Positions 13,601 through 26,100 of a stretch of DNA of 64,000 nt are shown here, in pieces. The stretch lies in NCBI GenBank assembly GCA_050084515.1, contig CM114271.1, forward strand, positions 27,342,001 to 27,406,000, read 5' to 3'. The position numbers and the translations under genes are program-made. The stretch is from Blasia pusilla. Its lineage: Eukaryota. Positions within the stretch are counted from its first letter, which is position 1, and each line of letters begins with the position of its first letter. The notes beneath the pieces were generated by a model. It was not told the origin of the DNA and did no database searches. It was given only the letters and a program-made list of their open reading frames with translations.

Positions 13601-15683
13601 TCATTAATACCCTTGCATCATTTTTTTCATTCCTAATAATATCTTCTAGTGAGCATTCAAAAGTCTAACCAATTTTGGGTTATCATCCTATTTTGTAGAA
13701 AACTCGAATTCCTAATCTTCCCGTTAAAGATGTTATGGTTAATATTGCATTTTTAGAAGTCCATTATTATTTACAAGATCAAGGAAAAAGACTGTGTGAC
13801 TTTCCAGACATGCCCCAACGTGACTTCCAACGACTTCAATCAAATTCATATTTGGAGGAACAAGAGCTATTGTATGATACGGAAGAACTATTTGAAGAAG
13901 TGCAATTGGGAGAAGCGTGTCAAAATGAAGGACAACGTATTATTTGGGATGCTATATATGATGAGCTTGATAAAATATGCTTGGATCTCCACCATCTCCA
14001 AAAGTTGTTTTCATCGATAACCGAGGTGGAACGGGAAAAACATTTTTATATAATCTTCTTCTTGCAAGTGTAAGGAGTGCAAGAGGTATAGCTTTGGCTA
14101 TGGCGTCATATGGAATAGTTGCTCTACTGTTAGACGAAGGACGTATTGCACATTCGCGATTCAAAATCCCCATCAATCTTCATGAGAGCTCTACTTGCAA
14201 ATAAGTGTCAATTCTGGTGATGTACAAATTTCAATTTCCCCCAATTTTGGTGGCACAAGTTATAATTTACTCCCCTTTCTTATTGTAGTTTATCAGTTAA
14301 TAGTGATGGAGCGCGCTTAATCCGTGATGCAATGCTTATTATATGGGACGAAGCTCCTATGGCTCATCGTCACGCATTTGATGCTGTAAATCAAAATTTA
14401 CAAGATATTATGGGAGTTATTTATGATGAACATCGACAATTACCAATTGGTGGAAAACTTATGGTATTTGGTGATGATTTTTGTCAAGTGTTGCTTGTTG
14501 TTTGTCATGGGGATCGGCCGCAAATCATCCAAGCCACCATAAAGAGGTCATCTCTTTGGTCTAATATAAAAGTTATGAAGTTGACTACAAACGTGCGAGT
14601 TCAAAGGTTGGAAAATCACTTGCGTAGTGAACAACAAGCTTTTGCTGATTGGTTATTATAAGTGGAAGAGGGTCGTGTACCTTTGCATCCACATTTGGGA
14701 GAAGACTTTATACAATTACCATATGAAATTATTACTAGAAGTAAAAAGATATGTGATCTTATTGATTTGATATATGAAAATTTTCCATCCGAATTCAATG
14801 ACATTGATTTCTTGAGAGATACAAAAATTTTGACCCTAAGAAATAAATATGTAGATGACATAAATGCAAGCATAATGTTGCGGTTTCCATGAGAGGTAAT
14901 CCCTTTAACTTTTATAAAAGATTTATTCAATTAAAAGTTTGGATATTAATATTACCTTTTCTTACAAACTCATTATATTTTGTGTACAGGAGCAAGTTTA
15001 CCTCGGCGTTGACTTTATTCCAAACAAGGGGATGATTCATATATATCCAACTGAATTTTTGAACACATGCTTGCCTTCAGGTTTTCCTCCGCATCGATTG
15101 TGTTTGAAGATTGGGGCACCAATCATGTTGTTACGAAACATGAATGGAACACATGATGATTCTTGGATTTATGCAACATTGCATAGATGCTGAAATTATC
15201 ACATGGAAGAATATTGGAGATCAAATTTTTGTTCCACATATCTCAATGATTGCATCAGATTTCAGGTTTGCCATTTGATTTACGTAGGTTTCAATTCCCT
15301 ATTTGACCGGATTTTGCTATGACTATCAATAAGTCCCAAGGTTAAACTTTGCAAAAGGTGGACATTTACTTGCCTACTCCAGTATTTTCTCATGGCCAAT
15401 TGTATGTAGCATTATTTAGAGTAGGGAAGAGAAGTTCTATCCACATTACAATTGGAAGCGATGAACATTAAAATAAGGAAGGTGACTATACACAGAATGT
15501 AGTGTAAGTAATGCGGTCGCGCACTCGTGTTATGTCGGGCATTGTGATTCACGAGCAGGACCACTAAGAGTACAGAGTGAGAAGACCTAAGAATTTAAGT
15601 TACGTGACGTCCCCGGTGTAGAGACACTAAAGAGTATGAATATCTCATACTAATTGTAACAGGTATATAAATCGAGCTCTATG
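10640..15683 (+). pseudogene. Helitron Rep/Helicase (HUH endonuclease + Pif1 helicase), intron-containing, disrupted
   Basis: Rep motifs YFLTMTCNPKW, VVEFQKRGLPHVLV and AVKYLYKYFYKG. Pif1 motifs FIDNRGGTGKTFLY, IIWDEAPM, FGDDFCQV, KIGAPIMLLRN, FAMTINKSQG*TL and FSHGQLYVAL. Multiple stops and frameshifts; short AT-rich introns. Confidence 0.93.
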
Positions 15684-18600
15684 AAGATTTTGATCGCCGC
15701 GCAAGCACACAACATTGCATCAACGCCTCAAGCCGTTTCATTCTTATTAAGAATGGATAGGGTGTGATTGCATTTCAGTAAGGGGACACTATATTTGCGT
15801 TCTCACTGCCGCCATATTACTTGGCAGCATATGACATGCAGCCAAGGCTTGCATTGTGCAGTGTGCGAACATAGCCTGCACATGGGCAACGTCCACGGCC
15901 TATCGCTATTCTCTGCGCAAGAATTCACATAGGGCGTCTCTTTTACATAGCATAAAATCTAACATAACTTACCATCTCGAACTCAAGTTCTCCGTGACAA
16001 CAGTGCTTTATGTCTGCACTACACTTGCACCATGTGCGGGTAGTTTCACTGAATGTGTTTTGACAAGTGTGTGAGTAAAATGTGGGAACAACCCTATTGC
16101 TACCTCTTTTCCTATCAACAAGAGGATCATGTGACTTACGTGTCCAAGGCATGCTATCCACTCTTCCATCTATACAGATTATATCTAGATGACGACCTCC
16201 CTTCAATATTTAAGGCACGCTCTAGAACTTCTACAAGCAAACTAAATAGAAAAGCCATATGTTCCTAAAGCATTCCGTGGATTCATGTCTGCATTTTTTA
16301 GTGTACTTGGTAGTACCGGTATATCGAAGAACCATACCCCCTTACAGTCTCAAATGTGCCTCACTGTTTGAGGGTAATTGTTTGGACTTTTCACAATGTA
16401 CAATTGCTTACCATTACGTTGCCACCACCACATGCCATCCAGGTTAGAAGCTAAGCTCCTTATTAAGTTCCTATGATCGAAACATGCATGCGGCCATTGA
16501 TCTCTTTGCCAAGGGATGATGATACCATAGCTACAATACTTCATACCATATTGTAGTTGTATGGTCTAAGCTAGTACCATTCTACTATATCGTTTTTCAT
16601 AGCATAACCTTGTGCCAACTAGTCATCTTTGCCTTAGTTCGTTCTTGTCAACGACATCTTTTAAATAAGTATATAAATATATATGAAATATGGGGGAAAA
16701 TTGGTGCTACATCTCTTGTTGCCAACAAAGGGGACCACATGACCTGCACGCCATGAGCACATTGTCCATCCTTCCATCCATGAGAATTATGTCCATCTGA
16801 GGATCTCCTTCTCACACTTAGCCTCATGAAACAACTCGGCTTATAAAGTAGAGGCAATTGTGCACATTTCCTTGATCCGCCATCGACGAATAGTTTGACA
16901 CCCAAAGAGTAATGCTACTCTCCTGACTTTATTGTGCCTCCAACTATTTATTAATTGTTAAGCAATATTTTCTATCTTGAACCCAGTGTGCAATCAGCCG
17001 TGCCATGGTCAAAGCTACAAGAACCAAGGTGATGGAAGGTAGGAGACCTCTCAATCTATCAAGATTAAGATTCTATAGGGCATGTACAAGAGCTAGGGTA
17101 GCCATTAGCACATACTACTACAGAGACTTGTGAGCATGGTATAGCGATGTATACATGAACTACAAACACTTTGGGATAGTAAGCACATGAGATGTTGTGG
17201 ATTCTATGGAGAAGTCTTATATAATACTAGCCAATTAAGGATGGTGTTGTTAACTGCATATTTTTATCCACCTTATGTATTTTTTAATGGCTATATGCTC
17301 CAAGACATCATACCAACTCTCAAAAAGTTTTATGTCTGTTAGCATTGCACAAATATTGGTAGTAAGACTACCCATAATGTCTACATGGCCCCTGATTACA
17401 TGAGGGATCTGTTGGAACTGAGTCCACTTCATCTACAACTCGAGTCCCTTGCAGACTTCCGTATGGGCATCAAGACCAAATATAATGAGTTCCATCCGGG
17501 ATTTTTCCATGTGGACTCACTAATTGATTGTCCGCTCATAGGCTGGAATGTGCAACCCTCCTCTCTTGTGGATCCATATTACCTATACAAACAAGTAAGA
17601 AGCATGTTATTTGTAAACCTTTGTGTCAATGAACTCTACTCACACTACATGCCACTATTTGAGTTACCGAGCCCTACATGCGGAGTGGTGGTGTTACCAT
17701 CATGATATGTCGATGCTATCTTGAAGGAATCTTAGGAAAAGGGACAACTTATGCACAATATGGCAGCCAACCCTTACAGTGCAAAGCTGAATGTTATACA
17801 GGAAGAACATTATAACCTTCCTATGAAAAGAAAATTGTTCTACAATATCTTTCATAACGGAAGCATCTTCCTCAAGGATAGTACACATTGTCGAGAATGG
17901 TTTCTTAGTGATAAGAATGGTGTGCTCCTTGACACAAGGATCACTATTGAAATCGTGATATTTATTTTTCTATTCCCACACCCAAGGGGTTATTTTATTG
18001 GGAGTTCATCATTTGTTGAGCGAGTGCAAATTTGTTCCCTCGTACATAGCTACTCCATGAATCCGAGATGGAAAGGGAAAGAATCTCATATAGCTCGATT
18101 CACGCGTTGATGTAGATTACAAGGATATGATGTAGAGGAAACAATTGACTCCTCTTACACATGACAAACAACCTGCCATGGATAATAACAACCTTTCCGA
18201 TCGGGAGAGAAACACTAGCAAGCATAAAGGAAATAAAACCCATTAACAAAACACATCCTGAACGCGAATTTGCACAAGACCTAGAGCCAAAATACGGACT
18301 AGGTAACAACTAAAAAAGTCATGCCACACGAGAGATAGTGGCACAGATGTGAACCGCAGGTCTATCGGACAGTTAGAGATACCTAGTTAAGACGTCATTT
18401 GGGCGTCACGTGGATAGGTGTAGCGAGCTTAAAAAAAAGGATGCAGATTGAGTCATATGGAAGAGGGATCATAAACCGCTCCCACATACATAGGTCGTAA
18501 TAAGAATCTATCTATAATAGAAAATCAAGTTTGTTTCAGCAATGAGTAGCACGTAAGTGGAACGACCATTCGAAAAAATTCACTTAACGAATCCATGATT

Positions 18601-18730
18601 CAAGTAGTTTCTAATCGGTCCAATGTCTCACACTCTACCTGGATACTACCACTATGGATAGCCAAGTCTATGGCTCATTCATATATATACTTCTCCCACT
18701 TAAAACATACATAGCCCTACCCTTCATTCA

Positions 18731-19577
18731 TCTATACTATTATTGGAGAGTGCCTCTTCATTATGGCCACAACTTAGAGCCCGTATTTTGCGATTCCCTC
18801 TCAAAGTGCGTGTAGAACCCAATATTTTTTGCAGTCGCATCACAATGCTTAAACGGATCCATACCATGGCATGGAGAAATATTAGTGGATGAATAATCTT
18901 TAGGGTTAGGTTTTCAATGTGTTAGCCGTCACTCTATATTCGCCCTCATGTTGCACGGGTTTGTATTGATTTGTTCTTGTACCACCGACGGACATGGCGG
19001 GAGTTGGGCTTCTTGTATTGAATCATCTATATAGAAAACTCCTTTTTACTTATTGCTGAACCGTTATGTAGCCCATCGTTGCACTCTAGATCGGGTTAAC
19101 TATTATGGCATTTGTACTATTGCTTCACCGTCATTTGTATGTGGTTTATTGTATGTAAACATTGAACCCTAGTTTTGATATAACATCTGTTTGGTTGTTC
19201 AATGGCAGTAGTTGAACTCCTCTGTATTGTAGCATTTCAGTGTATTTTTTTCATCACTAGAGACGTGATAGGTCGTTCAACTATTGTTCAACCAGGATGG
19301 CCCTCAAAGGATGTTGTCACAATGTTGTATTCATCTCCTTAGTAGTATAGTGTCTCCCCGGTTTGTATTGAAGACTAGATCTGGAATTGCTAGAACATTG
19401 GAATTTTAATCTAAATCAAACTTTGTACATTTTTAAAATTTTTGTATATTATGGGGTTTATTTTGTATAGTTCGATTCTCTAACCAACCCATAAGTTTGT
19501 ATTCGTACTGTGAACTTATTCGTATTGCATTTTGCTTTTTATTAATAAGATCCCATCTTTTGGGGTTGCCATACTAG
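18731..19577 (+). mobile_element. Non-autonomous Helitron (about 850 bp)
   Basis: Starts A|TCTATACTATTATTGGAGAGT and ends CCCATCTTTTGGG-GTTGCCATA-CTAG|T (weak hairpin, CTAG, AT target, no TSD). Confidence 0.55.
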
Positions 19578-19613
19578 TTCGTTTGACACATGTCTTTTTA
19601 GTCAATATAATAG

Positions 19614-19924
19614 GGGGGTGTCAAAGATCACCTCGGATAGAATCGCCCGGGTGAGGGTGTCAGGCCCGGGACTAGCCTCTATTTTAATCCGGAAGAAGAG
19701 GGGGGCGGCAGGTTTGGAGGGAGACCCATTGAAGAGTCCGATACTGCAAACCTTCGTATTTATGACCAGGAAGTGCAAGGAAACAGAAAGAGTGGGGAAT
19801 TCTGAGTTTCCCGGGAACACCAAACGGGTAATTGAGGAGCTACCCGTTCATGAGGCGGCAAAAACTCCGGTGGGCCCATTCCGGGTGTCAAAGATCCCCC
19901 TATTGGGAGATCTTTGACACCCCC
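19614..19924. mobile_element. MITE, probably PIF/Harbinger (Tourist-like)
   Basis: Terminal inverted repeats GGGGGTGTCAAAGATC ... GATCTTTGACACCCCC. Flanks TAG / TAA. 311 bp with no credible ORF. Confidence 0.75.
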
Positions 19925-20954
19925 TAAGAACTCCAATAGGATCAATAGGATTGCTAATACTTAGTTATACATCCGTGCATGTAGTGCTTTCGTGTGTTAT
20001 ATTTGTACTTACATTTTGCACAATAGCTTTGCAACAGGCCGAAAACGTACTTACGTGTAGAAACCTACCTTTTTTATGGTGTGTTCATAATTTCACTCAA
20101 ATAACTCAATGAAAGCAGTTTTTGCTTTATAAGGTATCGGCTACCTTGCCATCTCAATTTACGGCCGTTTAGGACCCTAAATTAGGGAAATTAGACTGTC
20201 GTTGACGTATGACACATAAAACGGAGTCAGCTCTATATAGTCCCGGTATCCACTGGAGGCTTCCGGAGAGGCACGTCGCTGCGCGTCCCTACGTTCCCTC
20301 GTCTTCCGATGTGCTGCGGCTCAACAGACCGCTGCATTTAAGGCCCTGCTAGTGTCAGCAGACTAACTGTGCGAACTTAGCGGAGTTAGAGAGTGCCTAA
20401 AGGCTCCTTTGCACGCCAGACGATCGTGCCCTTTCCCGGTTGAAGTCCAGTTTAGAGGCGGCGCTCACTGCCAAATTTTGCGATGAACGGACGTCGTGTT
20501 GGCTTTAGATCTACTGTAGGATGCGCCCCTACAGTAGATCTACCGCCAACTTCGCGCATTTTGAGGCGCGTGTGACGTGCGCTGTTGCTTCGTCTGGTCT
20601 GATCGTGACTTGTAAGGCTAACGGTTCAAAACGCGATTGTTAGCCCCCACTGGAGTCATCCGATTCGCTTCATTTGACATGCGGAACTAGCTACTTCATC
20701 CTTTCCGGTCATTAGCGAAGCCCATACTTTGTCCCGGAATCGCATTCAAGGCGCGTAGGGTAGCGCCTACCTCGAGCTGGGTCGGGCCCAGGGTTCGGGT
20801 GCCCCTAGACGGGGAGGTCGCGACGGAGGATTCGTAGGTCGCGACGGACACCGTGTCCGTCGCGACACGGCGCGAAACGGACGGACGGCCCCCATCCCGT
20901 CCGTTGGAGGGACGAGACGGCGTCGACGTGGGGTTAGGGTTCTCCGTCGGTGTC

Positions 20955-22630
20955 GGAGCTCGCTCGGTCCGCTCTCTCTGCTCTCGTTCCCTTGCTCTCG
21001 TTCGGTCCGCTCTCGTTCGCTCTCGTTCTTGCTCGGTCCGCTCTCTCTGCTCTCGTTCGGTCCGCTCTCTCTGCTGTCGTTCGAACGCTCTCGTTCCCTT
21101 GCTCTCTGGTCGGATCTCCGCTCGGCTGTCGTTCGTCCGCTCTCTCTGCTCTCGTTTGCTCAGCGAACCTCGGCTCTCGTTCCCTTGCTCTCTGGTCGGA
21201 TCTCCGCTCCGCTCTCTCTGGTCGGATCTCCGCTCGGCTCTCGTTCGTCCGCTCTCTCTGCTCTCGTTCGGTCCGCTCTCGTTCGCTCTCGTTCTTGCTC
21301 GGTCCGCTCTCGTTCGGTCCGCTCTCTCTGCGATCGTTCAACGCTCTCGTTTTGCTCTCTGGTCGGATCTCCGCTGATCGTTAAATCCGCTCTCCCGCTC
21401 TTCGCGTTCGCTCAGCGAACCTCGGCTCGTTCCCTTGCTCTGGTCGGATCTCGCTCGGCTCTCGTTTCGTCCGCTCTCTCTGCTCTCGTTCGCTCAGCAA
21501 ACCTCGGCTCTCGTTCCCTTGCTCTCTGGTCGGATCTCCGCTCCGCTCTCTCTGCTCGGATCTCCGCTCGGCTCTCGTTCGTCCGCTCTCTCTGCTCTCG
21601 TTCGCTCAGCGAACCTCGGCTCTCGTTCGTCCGCTCGGGTGTCGCTCGGATCTCTCGGCTCTCTCTCGGTTCCCTTGCTCGATTGATTCTCTCCGAGTTC
21701 CTGCCACTTCCAAGCAAGCAAGCAGCTCCCAAGTTAGAAAGAATGCCACCGAGCCGAAGCTGGCGATTTCCATCGGGCTGGCGACAACCATCGGCATCCA
21801 TATAGGATTGATTCGCGAGCAGGTAAATGATCCCACCATTCCTTCCTTCCATCCATCCGTCGGTTCGTGGGCCGAGGAGTTGAGGCAAACCCCGAAAGTG
21901 GTCAAAAAGGTCCTCCATTCCGCTGGGAAATTGTTGTCATACTTTTTGATGTGTTTCCCTTTCCTTGCCTTTCCCACGGATTCCATTTAAGGGCCGTGCT
22001 CGGATCTCCGCTCTCGTGAGCTCACCTCTGCTTGGTTCTCCACTCTCTCTGCTCGGCTTCCGCTCTCTCTACTCGGCTTCGTTCCGCTCTCTCTACTAGG
22101 CTCACCTCTGCTCGCTCTCTCCGCTCTCTCTGCCCAGCTCATGCGCTCTCTCCGGTCCTGTTGATTCACCTTTCCTTGCCTTTCCCATGGATTCCAGTTA
22201 AGGGCCGTGCTCGGATCTCCGCTCTTGTGAGCTCACCCGCTCGGTTCTCCACTCTCTCGCTCGGCTTCCGCTCTCTCTGCTTGGCTTCGTTCCGCTCTCT
22301 CTGCTAGGCTCACCTCTGCTCGCTCTCTCCGCTCTCTCTGCTCAGCTCATGCGCTCTCTCCGGTCCTATTGATTCACCTTTCCTTGCCTTTCCCATGGAT
22401 TCCAGTTCAGGGCCGTGCTCGGATCTCCGCTCTTGTGAGCTCACCTCTGCTCGGTTCTCCACTCTCTCTGCTCGGCTTCCGCTCTCTCTGCTCGGCTTCG
22501 TTCCGCTCTCTCTGCTAGGCTCACCTCTGCTCGCTCTCTCCGCTCTCTCTGCTCAGCTCATGCGCTCTCTCCGGTCCTGTTGATTCACCTCTGCTCGGCT
22601 TCCGCTCTCTCTGCTCTCGTTCCCTTGCTC
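20955..22630. repeat. Subterminal C/T-rich tandem repeat array of the MULE
   Basis: Short units (GCTCTCGTTCGGTCCGCTCTCTCT, CGGATCTCCGCT) over 20955-21670. Three copies of about 210 bp start at 21958, 22169 and 22377. Confidence 0.9.
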
Positions 22631-23169
22631 GATTGATTCTCTCTCCTGCCACTTCCAAGCAAGAAAGTAGCTCCCAAGTTAGAAAGAATGCCACCGAGCT
22701 GGCGATTTCCATCGGGCTGGCGACAACCATCGGCATCCATATAGGATTGATTCGCGAGCAGGTAAATGATCCCACTTGAACTTCTTCTTTCATCAAATTA
22801 GGTCCGTTGAGGCTTACGAGGTTTTTCGCTGAATAGGGTTTACTTTTCTTTCACATCAATGTGTGCATCAATTGTCTAGGCTCATAATATTTCTGCTCCT
22901 TCGTGAATTCTGGAAACAAGCTACTAGCAATTCGGACCATCTTGGATTAGGATAAATCATATTTAGATTGTAGCAGCCCATGCACAGGAAGGATGGCCCT
23001 TCTTTAGTGTACAGGAATGCCATATCGTTGTTTGTGAGTGGTGTAGGTTACTTGCAAGTAGGAAACATCATCTCTGGGAAATTTTTTATGACATGATGCT
23101 TCTTGAATTTATTCTTATTTCGAGGGTTCTCATAAGCTTGTTGAATTCTGCTTGTTTTTGGTATTGTGT

Positions 23170-26100
23170 AGGTTTGAAGGTCATTAGTAACATTGGAAGT
23201 CTGCCATCGACAATTACGTTTTCAGAGCTAGTAGGGGAGGTAGGTTTAAAGCCACCAAGGACAAAGACATTAGGGCCATGTCAGGTCAGCCGATGTTTTT
23301 AGATGCCAAGGGCTTGCGGTTGTTGGGAATTCAGGTCAACAAACCTGAAAACGTGACAAGTCTTCTATCAGGGAACCAGGGCAATCTTCAGACATGGGTC
23401 AGCCCCATAGTACATAGCAGTTCTAGTTCAGATTTTTTTCTAGCTGATATTGTGTGCAAGCGCTTGCATCCTCACTCCAAATTGTATTTGGATGAGTGGA
23501 TTGTCTTAGGGTTTCCGTTGGAAACTTATAAGTGTCTAGAACAGGCACCGATACATGCTGGATTTAATGTTGCATTCTCACCCAAGGCCCGGTTGGTGGG
23601 GGACCATGTATGGTTAGACTCTTACTTCGAAGAAGAAGGACAAACTGAATTTCTAGTGGTGGAAAACCAGGGGAGGTAAGATGAATGTTGTCCGAATTAA
23701 GGACATTAAACATTTGATGGGGGCATCCAAACAGAACATGCTTGCCAAGATTGTTTGTACAATCCGGTTGAAGAGGAGAGTGTCCACCTCTGAGGAGAAG
23801 GACCCTGTTCCTTGGGTTATCGGAGTTACTCCTAAAAATATCTACCTTATCGACCAGACTGATGTGGATGACAAAGCACCGATTGGGAATGAGCACATTT
23901 CAGATTTGTCCGAAGTACTAAATTTCAATACCCCTTCTGAATTTATCCCGGGGTATTCCTCGGAACCTTGTTTCCTTCTGGAATTGTTTGTTTTACGGAG
24001 TTTAGCGTGATTACATTTGCGGTATTTACATGGTACACTTGAGTTCCTCATGCATGTATGTTATTCCCCGTTGGCAAGGCTAACCAATTCGAGTCTTTGT
24101 CGTCTTGTGTTTGGCAGGTAGTTGGGGCTCCTCAAGACCTTGATCACGTGGGCCATGTTAGGTTTAGGGTAGAAGTAGGTTTTCTTATGTTTGTATGCGT
24201 TCACACATTTACATATTTCGGATTCTTTGGGATGTTCATACAGATTCTTAGTGTGTAATCAGTATGAAGTAGACATTCTGTCAACTTCTCAGATATAGAT
24301 GACCGGTGACAACAGAGAAATCTGCGTTTGGCTAAAGTATTATAGCCAAAACCAGAATTTTCTGGGATGGAATTTGAGGATATGTATCCTACAAATTTTG
24401 GTAGGAGCTTGGGGTATGGATGCGAGAGGAATTATGTGTCTACATTCTAGAGACAGAATTCTAGCTTACATTTTTGCTTTCATTTTTAGAAGTAAGTGTT
24501 CAAATTCCAACTTTGCATTCCACTTTAAATTCTAGCTATGCTTGTATCTGTTGGTGTGTTTACATGTGAGTGAGAACTCGTTGTGGATACACTCAGGTTG
24601 AAGCCCAACCAGCAAACATGTTTGCTGCATTTAGGGGCAAGAGTGTAGGTCCTCCAGAGAAACCAGCCGCACAAACCTCTCTTTGGCGGGACCCGGTCGA
24701 GTGGGTTCATTATTGCTACTCAAAGGAGCATAAGCAATTCGTGTGCTTTGTGCTCCAAGTGCATCGAGTACTTTCGTGGGCGAAACTTTTAACTCGCACA
24801 TTGCATCACATTGGTTGAGGCCGGTGCCTGGAACACCGAGGGCGAGTGGTAAGAAGAAGGTGGAAGCAGACTACGACCGAGACGATGTGGAGGATGAAGA
24901 TGATGGTAAGGGTGTAGGACTTCTTCTTCTTCATACGCAGTTAGTGAGATGGTAGCAATGTTTGGTGTATGTGCTCTATGATCCTCAAGACTTCATTCAT
25001 TTATGTTCCAAAATTGTGCAGGGAACCAGGCTACCCCATCTGCAGCCAACTTGCGTCTGCGAGGCACCGTTCAGCAACGCTGGGCTCATCGCAGAAAATA
25101 GAAGAAGGCTGCTTTGTTCAGTAAAGCGAAGGAGCATTCGAAACGGGCAGCGGGCCCGTTTGTACCTATGCCCATTTTTCCAGATATTTTGATTGCTTTT
25201 GAGGGCTATAGGACAGAAGAACACGGTCATATCTCATGGGTAGGTTTAGCTAGGATACACGAGTATGAGAAGGTCCGAGAGGAGCTAGAGGGTGCCCTTG
25301 TGTGCCCTACCACCACTGTCAGGGGATGGATTGAGTCGGGCCGCCGGCTTCTCCCTACTACTATCCCTGTAGATAGATGTCAGCGTTCCACCTACTGGAG
25401 ATGCATGGCCGCTTTCCATCATCTAGCCGTAGTGTGGATCATGGACAGAGAGGAACCGTATTGATGGGATGTTGGAGCCGAAACCAGGCAACATCAGGTT
25501 GAACATTCCCTGCATGTTCTAGATGAAATGCGCCGAGCACAAAGGCATGCATGGTACATCAGTGAGGAGTACTACCTCCCACGCTTCAAGTTTAACTACA
25601 AGATCTGGAAAGAGAAGAGTAAACCTAGCATTCTTGCCAAGTTCAGGGACAAAGTCTCTCGCATGTATGTGGATGGGGTCGGCTGCTCCCTTGCTGATGC
25701 GGTTGTCGGGTATAGTCTTTGCTTCATTTCATGCAAATTTCTCAGTATGAATTGTCGAAGAGTTGTGAGTTCATGATTTCCCATTGTATCCCTTGTAATT
25801 CCGCATTGTCTCTAACAACTTGTAGATGTGCGGGGTGGCTGGATGTGGAAATCATAGATTCCAGTGACTCGACTCGGATGGTACACATCTCCCAAGTCCC
25901 CAACCCACCATGCATAGTACCGGGCGCCATGTGATACAGGAGGAGTAGGCGCCAAGCGAGGGTGGTGAGGAGGGTATTGCGGGAGATCATGTCGAGCAGA
26001 GTGAGGAGGACACTATTTTGATTCAGATGCGGAGGAGACCAGCGACGCTTCAGACACGTAACGTGCGTGGTGAGAAGGTGCGTGGCGAGGTAAGGGTGCG

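Noticed and set aside
15800-18400. Degenerate coding-like remnants on the minus strand
   Set aside because: Many stops and no motif I can assign; probably an old TE fragment.
20200-20715. Pol III RNA gene (U6, 7SK-like, telomerase RNA or MRP) near the MEPCE-like gene
   Set aside because: No convincing USE (TCCCACATCG) at the right spacing from the TATA box, no telomeric template, and no recognisable U6/MRP/SRP motifs.
20853-22796. Long Ser/Arg/Leu-rich and Glu/Arg-rich ORFs, and a CRISPR-like look of the repeats
   Set aside because: The ORFs arise from A-poor tandem repeats lacking stop codons. There are no unique spacers or cas genes, and the context is eukaryotic.
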